Assembly: GCA_977862235.1 (NCBI GenBank)
Contig: OZ374563.1
Location: 1,488,001 to 1,552,000 of the forward strand
DNA length: 64,000 bases
Direction of reading: 5' to 3'
DNA from: Dudresnaya verticillata
Lineage: Eukaryota
Each line of letters opens with the position of its first letter. The stretch's first letter is position 1. The position numbers were made by a program, and so were the translations under genes. A model generated the notes under the pieces. The model ran no database searches, was not told the DNA's origin, and worked only from the letters and a program-made list of their open reading frames with translations. Shown here one piece after another: positions 46,880 to 59,860 of this stretch.

Positions 46880-49800
46880 ATGACTGATACCGAAGCCGAG
46901 ATGGATACTTCGAGCGGGGTCAAGATACCCCGTTTCCACGGCAGGAGAGGTGACGACTACAGTCTCTGGCGTCATCGCCTTCGTGCCGCATGCCGCATCA
47001 AAGGGGTTTGGAATGTTGTCCACACCTCAAACGACACACCGAGCAGCTCACAGTCAACTGCAGAGGCCTCAGCGGATACTTCCATTCTTCACGCCAGAAC
47101 CTTGGCCAAACGTGAGAAGGCTTGCGGGATCATTATCTCCGCACTTGGTGATGCTCCGCTTCGTGTCGTTATGGAGGTTGATGATGACCCCAAACGTATG
47201 CTGGAGCTATTGGACTCGCGTTATGCGTCCAGTCGAACCGTATCCCGTATCGCCGTACAGACCAAGCTATTCCGTATGACGTACACCGGTCAGAATATGT
47301 CCAGCTATGTCGACCAGTACACGTCACTGTTCGCCCAACTCGACCGCATGGGCAACGACTCGGCGATACCGGAGACACATAAGGCACCTATGCTGCTTGC
47401 TTCCATTGATCCGTCCTGCCACCTGGAGTCAACAGCTGCAGCTCTTCGCACCAAAGATGCTGCTGAGCTGACTTGGGACTACGTCGCAACCACGCTGATC
47501 GATGAGTACAACGCCAAAGATTCTCATGGATCAAACGCAGGTGGGAGATCCAGTAAGTCTAAGAGTCGTCGGAAGAAGAAAAAGAAGTCCGCGTCGTCAG
47601 GTTCTCGCCAGCAACACAACACGCTGGATGACAACGACGACTCCGATGACTCTTCTGATATTGAATCCACCGTCCGTGCGTTGGCGGTTGCACTCAAGTC
47701 CGCCAAGCTCCACCCCGAACCGGCACCTTCACTGTGATGTTTGCGACAAGGATGGACACACCGCGGATCGATGCTATCTAAATCCGGAAAATCCTAACAA
47801 CAAGCTTCCTCCAAAGGTGCGACAGATGTTCACCAACCAGGGCAAAAAGGGCAACGCCAACTCGGCGGTAGCTGCATCTGGTAAGAATAATGGTAAATCT
47901 GCAAAGGTAGAAATCGCCGGTGCATCGGTTGAGATGACAACTGTTGTTCCTCCGAACGACCAAGGAACGTATGCCGACAGTGGAGCAACTGTGCATTGCT
48001 TCCACTCAATGACTTCTTTTGTACCGCGCTCAGTATCGCGCTGCGAAAAGCGTACTGTAGTGCTTGCGGACAAGTCGTCTGTCACCTCAGACCTATGTGG
48101 AGATGTGATTCTGCCGTTTGAGCATGCCAATATTCGGCTCAAGAAGGCCCTCTTCATCCCGCAGATGGGATACAATCTTGTCTCTACTGGGCGTTTGGCA
48201 GATAAAGGAATTGAATCCCACTTTCGCCGCCTGGACGTGCGCTTGGTACTCGACTCTAATGGGTACTATATTGGATCCGGTGTTCGCGATGCGAGTTCTG
48301 GAATGTACATGCTACCAGAACCCGAGCTACACACTTCGGAGGAGCAAGTACTGGCTGTCCCCAGCACGCAGCAAACTACTGAGCTCTGGCATCGACGTCT
48401 TGCCCACATTAATTTTCGGGACTTGGCCAAAGTGCACGAGCATGTTGAGGGTGTTCCGGAGTTGGGCTCCACTCATGAAGTGTGTCGGGCTTGTAGACTT
48501 GGGAAAGCACACAAACAATCACTCCCAGGGCACTTCCGCCCGGCCAAAGCTGTCGGTGATCTCGTGCATTCCGACATTGTTGGTCCAATCCAGATCTCCT
48601 TTCCCGATCGTTTCCGGTATGCCACGACGTTTCTGGATGATAAATCCCGTTTCTTGGTCGTCGCATGTATGAGAAGTCGCCGTATGTTGAGTGCAGCATT
48701 TGATCAAGCTTCAGAAAAGTTTATCGAGCTTGGAGGAGCGGAAATAACAAAACTCCACTCAGACGGGGCTCAGGAGTATTTGGCTTTGCAGAAAGATTTG
48801 GGAGGAGTTGGAGACAGTGGCAAATCCTTCTCCCCACCTTATACTCCGGAGCTCAATGGAATCGCGGAAAGGGTGAACCGAACCATGGTGGAAGCTGCCC
48901 TGACTTTGCTGATCCAGGCTGATCTACCGGGATGTTTGTGGCCGTTTGCACTGAAGCATGTCAACTACGTGCGCAATAGGGTACCACACTCAACCGTTGG
49001 GGCTACGCCATACTCGGTCATGACAGGTGATGTTCCTGATTTAAAACATTTGAGAGTGTTTGGATGTGCTGCATATGTCCTAAGGCTCCCACGCGGATCC
49101 AAGTTCGAGTCTCGTGCACTTGAGGGGGTGCACTTGGAGACTCTAGAGCATGGGATCTACAGGATATTGGTCACTGACGGTGACGGTATACCTCGTGTGG
49201 TTGAGTCGCGGCATGTCACATTCGACGAGTCCAAATTCCCGGGTGCTCCAAGCCTGTTGGAATATGGGCAGGACGAGGCAGATTCGGATGAAGATTACGA
49301 GTCGAACTCAGAGGCCTCTATTTTCAACTCGGACTCTGATGACGATGTGTCGCTGGGTAACTTTGAGGATGAAGAGGATGTGATTGAAGTTGAAACACCT
49401 TCTTCACCTCCACTACCTCCATCAGAACCCAGCTCATTCGAATCTGATGACACAGCTGAGGAAGAAAACGTCTCTGACAGTCCTCCGGCTGGTGTGAGTT
49501 CAGATCCAGAACGCCAGCAACAGATTCGATATCCTCGTCGCCAACGTCGCCAGACGTCGAAATGGTTTATGGCAAGCTCTGCACAAACTGAACAACAGGT
49601 TGCCCTCACAACGGGAGATGAGCCCACTCTTCGAGAGGCCATGTCTGCCACTCCGGAGGAGCGCGGGTTGTGGCAATCTGCCATTGATGATGAGTTCGCA
49701 TCCTTGGAATCCAAAGGCACTTGGGTCCGTGATGACAGTCCCGGTGCACAGCCGCTTCCAACGCACGCCGTGCTGAAAGTTAAACGCAAGTCCGACGGGA

Positions 49801-51194
49801 CCGTGGAGCGCTTCAAAGCGCGGGTCGTCGCTGGTGGAAACTTCCAGACGTATGGTGAAGACTACATGGAAACTTACGCCCCAGTTGTGTCGTTCTCGCT
49901 GGTGCGCATGTTCCTATACTTGGTACTGTGTTTGAACCTGTTTGTTGCACAGCTAGACGTGAAGACGGCTTTCCTGAATGGTGATCTGGCAGAACACGTG
50001 TGGGTAATGTCACCACGTGGGATTCCTGGAAGGGAATCTCTCTGTTACAAACTTCTGAAAGCTATGTATGGGCTAAAACAGGCTCACCTAGATTGGCACA
50101 CCAAGCTGTGTGGTGACCTTGCTAGGATGATGTTTGAGGAATTGCCAAGTGCGCCTTGCGTGTTTCGTCGCAAATCCAAGTCTTCTGGATATGCATACAT
50201 CTTGGTGTACGTTGATGACTTGCTCATCCTCGCGCCCACAAAGGCGGAGAGAGACGCCATTGTTAAGGAGCTGCAGGGCCTCTACGATCTACGGCTGTCT
50301 GAAGGGGTTGACCTCTTCCTCGGAGTCGAGCTTGGATGGGAGCTAGACTGTGATGGCAGATTTGTGTCCCTCAAGATGACTCAACAGGTCTACACGGAAA
50401 GTGTTCTTCGTCGATTTGGACTTCAGAACTCTAAGCCGGCTTGTACGCCGATGGTTGAGTCTTTCTTCACTGGACTTGCCGCCGAAGAGGACAAGGCCGT
50501 CGTGTCGGTTGAGACGTACCAGCAGATGATCGGGTCACTTCTGTACTTGGGGCTTCGCACAAGGCTGGACATTTTGGCCTCTGTGCTTATCCTCGCACGG
50601 TTCCAGAAAGCTCCGACTGAGTACTGTCACCGTGGTGCAAAGAGGGTTCTGCGATATCTTCGAGGCACTCACAAGCATGGAGTTACGTACCAGTCCGGAA
50701 CCACTCGTATCCAAGCTTATGTGGACGCTGACTATGCCGGTGACACCACAGACCGAAAATCTATGTCTGGTTACATGGTGAAACTGGGAGATGCAGTGTG
50801 CATTTGGGGATCCAAGAAGCAGTCAACTGTTGCTCTCTCAACTTGCGAGTCGGAGTACTATGCAATGACTCTGGCTGCGAAAGAGACGGTTTGGGTCACG
50901 CGAGTGCTGAAGGAGGCCAACTTGAACGTCGAAGGCCCCGTTCCATTGAGATCAGACAACCAGTCTGCCATCAATTGGGCTACTGGAGAACGCTGTCCAT
51001 CTGGTCGTGCCAAGCACATCGACGTTCGTGTACACTTCATTCGCGAACTTGTCGCTGACTCTGTTCTGGAAGTGGTGTATGTGCCGTTAGAAGAAAACGA
51101 CGCGGACTTGCTGACAAAGGCACTCGGCCCCACTTTGCTCAATAGGATTCTACCAAGGGTTGGACTTGGAGGAGCCATCGAGGAGGAGTGTTGA
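46880..51194 (+). pseudogene. copia gag-pol with one frameshift
   Basis: 8-bp deletion (CAGGCTCA relative to copy Y) at ~47708 splits it into ORFs 46880..47737 and 47502..51194. Confidence 0.93.
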
Positions 51195-52221
51195 GGACAT
51201 GGTCGCTGGCGCCTCACGTCACGGGTCAGGTACCCCAGATGGTACCCTGGTACGCTTTCACCAAACCTTCCGGAGACGTCAGCCCTTTTTCCGGGCTTCC
51301 AAAATCACGGCGCATTTAGGCCTTTTGCAAAAGCAACGTGAAACGGGCTTCTGATTGGTTGTTACAAACCGCCTCCATGGTCTATATGGCTTACAAGTGT
51401 TGGGCTGGAATTGGCGGTTATAACAGGAACGGCCAAGTGGAACGATCTGATTGGACCACATGGATGCACGCGGTATGGCATGGAATGGTACTGGTATGAC
51501 GCGCACTGTACTGCACAAGTACATATGAACGTGCCATGCAATGTGCTGATGGCGTCTGAGTTGGTACTGCAGGGACTTGCGCTACGTGGAGCCTGGCTTT
51601 TGATATCAGCAGATGCAGTTGTCGTGCGGCCGACACGTTGGTTTACAGTTGCCACGTAGGTGTCGTGCGGCCGACACGTTGGTTTACAGTGGGCACGTAG
51701 CTGTCGTGCGGCCGACACGTTGGTTTAGAGCTGCCACGTAGGCAAATCTGGGTGATTACGTGGTCAATGATCCAAGTTGGATATTCATGGACGGACTTCA
51801 GCTCGTAAGTGCGGCCACGTGGTGTGCAGTGTTGTCCGACAGCAGCCATGCGGGGACACTCGATACTTTCGAGTTCCCGCCCAAAGTTGGAGTACATATG
51901 GATGGCAGGAAATGCGGTCGCAAGAGGGATTGCTGATGTCAGCAGTTAGCAACACTGGTGTGCAAGTTCCCGCCCATTTTGGTGGCGGATGTGAGTGTGC
52001 CGAGAGTACGATTTGGTAGATTTGAGTGCTTTACTTTTTCCCGCCCATTTGACGGTAGGGATTTTGGGCGTATCTTTAGTGATTTGTTTTGTTTGTGTTC
52101 ACGCAGCAACTCATCCGAAAAGCTGAACTAAGCCTTGTCGGGTGGTCGACTGCAGTAAACGAAGTCAAGCGACTTCCATTTCTAATCTTGTTCAACTCCA
52201 ACCTCTCCATATTCCTTTTCA
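51189..52221 (+). repeat. copia 3' LTR
   Basis: TG...CA followed by the TSD. Confidence 0.97.
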
Positions 52222-53553
52222 GTTTTGCTCTAGTTCAAAGTGGTTCGTAAATCGTTGGTTCAGCTCTGGTAGGTTCTTGATGAAATTGGTTGTTATCTCC
52301 AAATGCTTCCATGAATTTAGAAGGAGTTTATTGTTAAATTGTTGGTGTTAGTGGCTTTTTGTACGTACATGCCCAGCGAGGACCCAGCGAGGAACGGTAG
52401 GCTATGGTTTTTGGATGGTTAGGTGCGAGCTGCGGAGGGTATTGAACGTGATAGGGGCGGGATAAGGGAAGGACCGGGGGGGCAGAGAACCAGCAGGGGA
52501 GGGAACGGGGAAGGGGGCGGGAGAAGCGAGGGGGGCCGGGGAGCGGGGGGCGGGGGGCGGGGGGACTGATGATGCCCACAGGGAGGCTGCGCTTGCGCCA
52601 AATGAACTGTGTTGATACTTTCAAATAGGTATGATTCGCCTGCTACCTACCCAATGGGGATGCTTCGCTTCTCGATGCAATCGTGCAGCGCGATTGGGAG
52701 CCTGGCTGAGACACCTGTCTATTGTCCACCAAGCACTGTCCGCCAAGTGCAATCAAGTCTCCACATGGCGCTTTGCGACAGGCAAGGAAATCACACTTGG
52801 CCACAATTGATAAGGCCAGTTGTGTGAACAAGAGCCTTTCTGGGAACCCGCCCGGGTGCCCCCAGGTGGGGCGGACCTGGGTCCCCGAAGAAAAGCAGCA
52901 TTACAGCACCGGAATCACAAGATGAGGAAGTGGCCAATAGCGACGCGTACGAAATCCTCATAGATAGACGGCGTTAGGGTCGTCACTCGCTTAACATTTG
53001 ACGCGTACGAGTAACGCGTACGAAAGTGACATACAGTTAATCTTGAGAAGGGTGTAGAATTGTACCTGCTTCGTTTGCATTTCACGTATATTCACGTTCT
53101 ACGCTACGAACGACGCTACCATTGCTCTTATCCTCGATAGCAGAGGAATCCCAGAGCGCGTGACCCGTGGGACAATGTGTCAGCCGCCGCGAAGGTTCAC
53201 GGGGAAGTCGCTTCGAGAGAAGCGAATGACTGAGGGACGAAGGGAGCGGAGTTCGGCGGGCTGCGCACGGCTGAAATACTGTAGTGTGCAGTACAGCACC
53301 AGCCGGCACGGGGTCACACCGCGAGCTCACATGTGACCTCCGGTGTGATCCAGCCCGCCAATAGCACGCGGGCGGGGAATTAAAATGTGATTTGCAAATA
53401 CAGGCCGAAAATAAGGAAAATAAAACACAATAAAATGCTCCGTGATCCAGTAATGCCCGCATCGAGTTTGCTTTGAGGGATACTGACCGCAGCGCGTTGG
53501 TTCCCATATCTCCGCCGTATCACAGCTCAAACAGCCCATATTTAGCACATGTA

Positions 53554-54786
53554 CAGTGTACGATATTCTTTTAAGGCACCCCAAATTGCAAATTGCATCA
53601 TCAAAACAAGTAAAATGAATAAAACGCACCACAGTTCCGGAACGCCTTTTACGCGCTGAGAACAACGCAACGGTCCGTTTTATCATTGGGGCAACCGTTC
53701 TAAATTTATCGGACTTAACACTATTCAAGGGCGCGACAGCCTTATAAGGCATTTCACGTTTCACGCTTTTGGCGGGAAACAGAAACACTTCTCGTAAAAG
53801 AATGGGAACAGAAGTCTTCTACAACTCTCTATAAACGTCTCTAGCACTTCTCCGTTTCACCTGTGGCATTTTGGTGCCGACACATCATGCAGAAAGGGAC
53901 ACGTCTGTCCCCGTGGGAGCAGGGAGAAATCATCGCCCTTCACGACGAAGGTTTCTCGCAGCAGCACATCGCCGACAACATTAACCAACCCGGTGCGCTG
54001 TGCAGAGCTTTCTGAAGAATCCCGGGATGTATGCTGCCGGTGTTCGCAAGAAACAGCCGTTCGAAAGTCAGTGATGCTACTCGTCGTCGGGTCCATCGCG
54101 AAGCATCTAAGCAAAACTGATCGGCATATACCCTCAAGAAGGAACTCGAGTTGGCCGTAAGTGTCCGCAATGTGTAGCGGATGCTGCATAATTCTACAAA
54201 TCTCGTTTACAAGAAGATGAAGAAGGCCCCACTGCTCACCGCGCGTCATCGCAAAAAGAGGGTTGAATTCTCTCGTGAGTTGTCAGTATGCAATCGCCTG
54301 CCTTGAACAATGTCGTTTTCTCTGATGAGAAGAAGTTCAACCTAGATGGCCCCGACGGTTCGGCGAAGTACTGGCACGATTTACGGAAGGAGGAACGCAT
54401 ATTTGCGAGACGGCAGAATGGGGGCGGCTCGGTAATGGTTTGGGGAGGATTTTCGGCAAAAGGAAAGACATCTTTGGCTACATTAAGCGGCAATCAGAAC
54501 TCTTTGGACTACGTCAACACGCTTTCGGACCATTTTCTGCCGTTTGTGCAAGCGAGACATGCTACTGGCTTCCTGTTTCAGCACAATAATGCATCCATAC
54601 ACACCTCTGGGGTGACCAAGGACTGGCTTCGCGACCAGGAAATCGCCGTTATGGATTGGCCCGCAAAGATTCCTGACCTCAATCCGATAGAGAACGTCTG
54701 GGGCCTTCTTGTTAGAGCAGTGTACCGCGATTCGAGGCATTTCACGACCGTGGAAGAGCTGGAGGATGCTATCCTCCGCGAGTGGG
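53554..54786 (+). mobile_element. Tc1/mariner (Tc3-like) DNA transposon, 3'-interrupted
   Basis: TA+CAGTG putative left TIR start at 53552-53558, followed by a transposase remnant; no right TIR seen. Confidence 0.8.
53887..54786 (+). pseudogene. Tc3-like DD34E transposase remnant
   Basis: HTH-like MQKGTRLSPWEQGEIIALH; VVFSDEKKFNLDGPDG, VMVWG, FQHNNA (catalytic D replaced), PDLNPIENVW; stops and frameshifts. Confidence 0.92.
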
Positions 54787-55376
54787 TGTGGTATAACGAG
54801 CGCTGGGGCGCTGTAAGGAGCCACGTGTACACGCGACGCCTGTAAGGCGTGGGACACGGGAGTGAGATGGCTGCTTGCCATTGAACAATTGACTACGTGA
54901 GCACTACGCGCGCTGAGTGGTGGATACGTACCATAATTTCACGCCTATTTTGTGCGGGGCGTCCTACAGTGACGCCGTACGTACGGAAGCGGTATGACCG
55001 CTCATTCCGATTTTTAATCGCTAGTGTAACTGTTAGTGTACAGTATTAGCTCACTGTTAGCATTATTGCTCTAACTGAGCGGGTAGTATCTTTCCGGCTC
55101 CCGCCGTATTTATTAGGCCCCTGAGCAGCAGGGGCCCCGCACTAAACCGGCAGCGGTGGGTGCCTTGGGTTTTTTCCCCTTTGTTGGACTCTCACAGTAT
55201 CACCGCTACAACCCCCGTTAGGCGTTTACAAGCCGTACTACCTACGACGACTGCTCTAAGCAGTACGGTTCGCCTTCCCTTTTCCCCTCTTTTGCAGAGC
55301 TTGCAGCCCTCTCAAGTCTCTACCACCCCTTTTGGAGCTACCAACCACGCGAGTGGGATCACGCTTTCAGGATAGC
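54787..55376 (+). repeat. Probable partial gypsy-type LTR inserted in the transposase
   Basis: Transposase homology stops exactly at TGTGGT, the terminus type of G1, G3 and G4; orientation inferred. Confidence 0.45.
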
Positions 55377-56211
55377 TGTCGTGCTGTGTGGCCGTCTACT
55401 CTGGCTTGAAAGCCATTCTACTACAGTGGGTGTAGTGCAACCCTCCGAATGAGGGTCGCAACCAACACAACCCACGAGTCCGACGTGGGAGGGTAGCCGC
55501 GGTGACGCGTGTGAGCGCGTCGGTGCGTCGTAGGGTAGAGCAAGGGGAAGGCCTCAGTGTGCAGACTGTAAACCCACACCAAAGCCGTGTGAGCACGCAG
55601 TGAGACAGAAGGTGGGGGCACCGGCACAACAAGCGTGTGAACACGAAGGTAGAAAAGGTGTCAGCACCACAGGCATACGTAGCCCAGCTCCGCGATGGCT
55701 TCACTCGCCAAGCGCACGGAGGTAGGGGTACCCTAAGTGTGGAGCCGAAGCTTGGTTGGGTTTACTGTAGGAGGTCGGTCCTAGCCCCTTAAGTCCCATC
55801 GGCGGCGGCGGCGCCGCGGCGGTGGCGACTAGGGCTACTGTACACTAGCATATAAACTAACACTAGAGTACAATAAACTAACACTACAGTAGCACAGTGT
55901 ACCTACTGTACACCGACACCAGCACGCTGTAAGACTTGCAATGACGCGTGCTGTGCACGTGTGCACGTGTCACGCGTGTTGCGCGTGTCTTGCGCGCGCT
56001 TGCGTGGCGGTGGCTGTAAGGCGGCGAGTACGGCCCTGTAAAGGCGACGGCGGGGGAAAGCCCCGGGTGCGGGGGCGGGCCCGCTATGGTGGTTGTCCAC
56101 TGGCCAATGGGTGAGCCCAACATGGCGGTGCGCGTCGCGGACGCGCGTGATCGCGCGCGCGAAAAAGGGGCTATCAACCCGCTCTGGGGGGAGCCCGGGC
56201 GTTGCACCACA
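55377..56211 (-). repeat. G4 3' LTR (~835 bp)
   Basis: TGTCGTGC...GCACCACA termini like G3; internal GACTGTAAAC motif; adjacent PPT-like run. Confidence 0.72.
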
Positions 56212-56471
56212 CACACCCCTCGCTAAGACGCGACCGCGACACGCCAAGTTCTGTAGCTCACTACTTGTTTTTGTGCCACGCGGCTTTCAACGCTGGGAGT
56301 ATTCTCCGTCGTCCTAGCGGTCAACCGCCCGTGCACCGATAGCCGTACCGCGCGAGCGGTGGCTGAGTTGCAACGTTGCACGCGCGCGCGTTGCGGTAAG
56401 CGTACGCGGTATGCCACTCTTTGTCGTGTGAACACCTTTCGCTCGGCCCGCTGGTCGCACGTGATCACACG

Positions 56472-58363
56472 ATGCCGCAGTACAACGCGGATGGCAGCTT
56501 ACTGCTTGGAGGCGTTGTCATCAACGCCCCGTCGGAGCAGGTATTGTTTCCTGCTCCCAATGATTACTTGGGACAAACCCGTTGGAGCATCCAGGGCTGT
56601 TCGCGAGGGCACCCTGGATGCATCTGCAATACGTGAATAACCACGAAGTGCTGGAGTTGTACTCCCATAATGGCTGGTTGCCTGGGGACATCCCCTTGGG
56701 TGGCGTCGATCGCAACAGCTGGAAGCTGTACAGCGCCATGCCCGCATCGTGCGTGCGCCGGCGCGGTCATGAGACGACGTCGCACGCGCGGGCGTCCTTC
56801 GTGAAGCTCACGCATCAGCGTCTCTACCGGCCGCCGTGCAGCGTGCCGGTGGAGTACGAAGTGGAGGTAGACCTCATGTTCTATAGACAAGATGGGGATA
56901 TCCCCTATGTGTATCGTCTGCTCGACCGACCGCTGTCCCCGGCGTGGCGAGGGGACGTCACAGATATTGGAGACGACTCCTTGTTTGGGGAGCAGCGGTT
57001 GATGGCGGAATTCCGCTACGTTCGCAAGCGGGATTACCCGTTCTTCGACCGGTGCATCCGGTGGGAACGTGAGGCGCGGCAGCACCACGGCGTGCTTGTT
57101 CCCTACCAAAACGTAGAGATCGAGCGCGTCCGGCGCGCGCCAGTACGTGCGCTTCCCGCCGGTTGGGCCCAGTGGGAGGGGCCCGACGGCATGCTTGTGG
57201 AGCTTCATCCCGTCCTGTCCTGCAAGGGCAAGGACTTAATGGACGATTTGGGTTCACCGTTTTGGCGCGTGTTCTACACGGAGTGGGTGGCGGAGTTCGC
57301 CGCTTCGTGGCTTCGGGAGTGCTACGATACTTATCGCATGTGGTACCTCCCCGACCCCGTGTTAACACGCTTTAACAGGATTCCCCTGTGCCATGTTCTC
57401 GGGAGTCGTGCTAGCGCACAGGAGTTCGACTCCTTGCTGAACATTTACGGCACGATCGACTGGGACGATCCCGGCGACGTGCCGCTGACAAACCGGAGAG
57501 CCGGAAGAGCGCAGGGTACTTCCCAGAGGCGTGACCGCCGAAACCTTGCACCTGGTCGCCGCCACAATGCGTGCGGCGACTGGGTGTGGTTTGATGCGTG
57601 GACGCGTGAGTTTCTGGACTCCGACCAGGCGACGTCCTTGCGCAGTCAGCAACGGGAAATCCCGAGAGGCCACTTGCGTGATTGGGTGTTTTCACCAGAT
57701 GTGGTGCCGCCGTTTGAGGCGGCCCAACACACCGACGCGGCCGTCGCGGCCGAGTCGGATCAAGAACTGGGTTCACCCATGGACGAGGACGCCCTCAAGC
57801 CTGCTACCGGTGTGGTAGCAGATGAGGCCACCAACACTGGCGGCGCGTCGGACCTTGCCGTCGTGCGCCGCTTCCCTGAGGAAGCAGGCGTCGTGGCGGT
57901 GGGAGACGTGGTTACACGTGAGGATCTGCTCGCGCGTATTCGCGGCACCGCCAAAGGTGGACCGTCCACAGACATAGGGGTGAGCCCCAAGGAGGTCGTA
58001 GCGGGTCAGGCGAATCCAGCCGCTAACTATGAGGACGCCGGGGACGATACGGTATCGCTTAGCGAGCCGACCCCGGCGTCGGCGCTGCCTGCAGGTGTGC
58101 CTGCTTGGATGGCGCAGGGGTTATCCCCGATTGGGCCCAGTGGCGTCGTCACCCCCGCAGCCATCGCGGCGGCGAACAACGCACGCCGTGGGCGGGTGGG
58201 GGCGGCGGCAGCTTCTGCTGCTGGTAGCGCCAAGGACGGGGAGATCCCCAAGAGTATGGGTGCTCCCGTTGCGTTGGCCGAGAAGTCCATGGCGGCCCCG
58301 TTGCTGCGCAGCCAGCCTCCCCCTGACCCACGCGATGAGCGTAAAGGGGCCGGCGACGCGTAG
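56472..58363 (+). CDS. Homolog of the G3 antisense protein (~630 aa, one 1-bp frameshift near 56580)
   Basis: MPQYNADG...NDYLGQT in one frame joins LEHPGLFARAPW (ORF 56582..58363), mirroring G3 MPQYDG...HDFVGKSPRDHAHLCARAPW. Confidence 0.82.
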
Positions 58364-59645
58364 GCGGGAGCAGGGGACGTCGAAATGGCCGACGCGGGTG
58401 ATCCCGATGCGGTAGAGGCGACGGCGTCACCTGACCTAGACGATTACGTCGAGGTCGAGGGTGACGCCGCGGCGGCGGAGGACCGCGATCTGGTAGACTA
58501 CGGCGACCTATAGCGGGGTCGCTGTAGTGGCGTGTAGACACGTAGGGGCGAGCGCCAGCGCGTTTGACTCGCGTAGTAGTAAGTCGCGTCTAGCGCGTCG
58601 GTGTTCCCAAAAATAAAGCGCTAAGGCTTGGGATATTCCCCTGTTTGCGTGAAGTCGGACGCGGGCGGCGCGCGGGCGGCGCGCGGCGGTACGCGACGAT
58701 GCGCGGGCGGTGCGCAGCGGTACGCGACGATGCGCGGGGATGCGTGGGCAGTCCGTCCGTCTGTCCCACGACGCGTAGGCATTGCTGGCGCATGCGCCTT
58801 TTTTTCGTGAGGACACGGGCCCTTTTGGGTGCCCCTTGGCGGCGCCTCTCACCGCGCGCAGGCCGGCCATGAAATTCGGCGCGCCTACTGGTGCGCTTCA
58901 ATTACACGAAATTCGGCGCGCGCATTGGTGCGTTTGATGACCGTGCTTACACTAAATTGACGTGCGCATACAGTAGGCGTGCCTCCTGCGCACGCACTGT
59001 GATGCCGTGCACTGCGCGTGCGGCCGTGCATCTTGTACCTCGTGGTCGAGTGCAACGTCTTGTGCCGCCTTGCGCATGTCGCTCGTTCGATCGAACTAGC
59101 GGTAACGCGTCTCGCGGGTTCACCCGTTGACGTGCGCTTGCGCGCATTGTCGTTGGGGCTTTCCCCGTTGTGCTCTTGCAAATCCCGGCGCGAGCCGCGC
59201 GAGCGGGGGCATCGGAACCGCGCGACCCGGCGGGCGTGCCACGCTAATTCGGGGTGGTCCCTCGTTCTGCAGGTCGTCGTTGCATCTGCGAAGTGGCAGC
59301 GAGCCGTCTGGCGGTCAATCGGGTTAACCCGTAGTGGTACCACCACTATTGTGAAGTGACAATTGCCGTTCCCTTCGCGCCCGTCTGCACGAGGCCGGCG
59401 CCATGGGGCGTTCCCCTGTCCAGCCTGTGCTGTCCCGGCGTGCGCTGCGTGTGGGCGCACCCCCTCGTGTGCACGCCCGTTCCGGATGGCGCGGAACTAG
59501 CGTGCAGATGAAATTGGGGCGGTCCCCGCTGGACGTGAATGGTCGTCAGCGGGCGACCCGGGTGTGCGCGTGTAGTTCTTGCGCGGCGGGGGCCTGCGTG
59601 GGGTTTACCCATTTTGACCCGGGTCGGCCGTCAACCGTTACCGGG

Positions 59646-59860
59646 CTAACCTGCGCGTGCGTCGTCGATGTTAATCGGCGGGGGCAGGCGTTGTCGCCGG
59701 TAATAGCGGAGCACATGCGATCGAGGCACGTGCTCCAGCGGCTCCCAGGTGTTATCACCAGACGCGTAGCCATACCACTTGACGTGCAGGCGCAGCGAAC
59801 CGTTATCGGCGACACCGTGGTCGACGACGCGTTCGATGAAGTATTCGTCCGTCGGGTTGG
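59646..59860 (-). pseudogene. Integrase C-terminal chromodomain of G4
   Basis: EYFIERVVDH..LHVKWYGY..NTWEPLEHVP. Confidence 0.88.

Larger units (their letters stand above)
44900..52221 (+). mobile_element. Full-length Ty1/copia element (7322 bp) with TSD GTTTT
   Basis: Two 1033-bp LTRs; GTTTT at 44895-44899 and 52222-52226; PBS, gag-pol and PPT present. Confidence 0.98.

Noticed and set aside
52334..52624. Proline-rich ORFs
   Set aside because: By-product of the G-run tract
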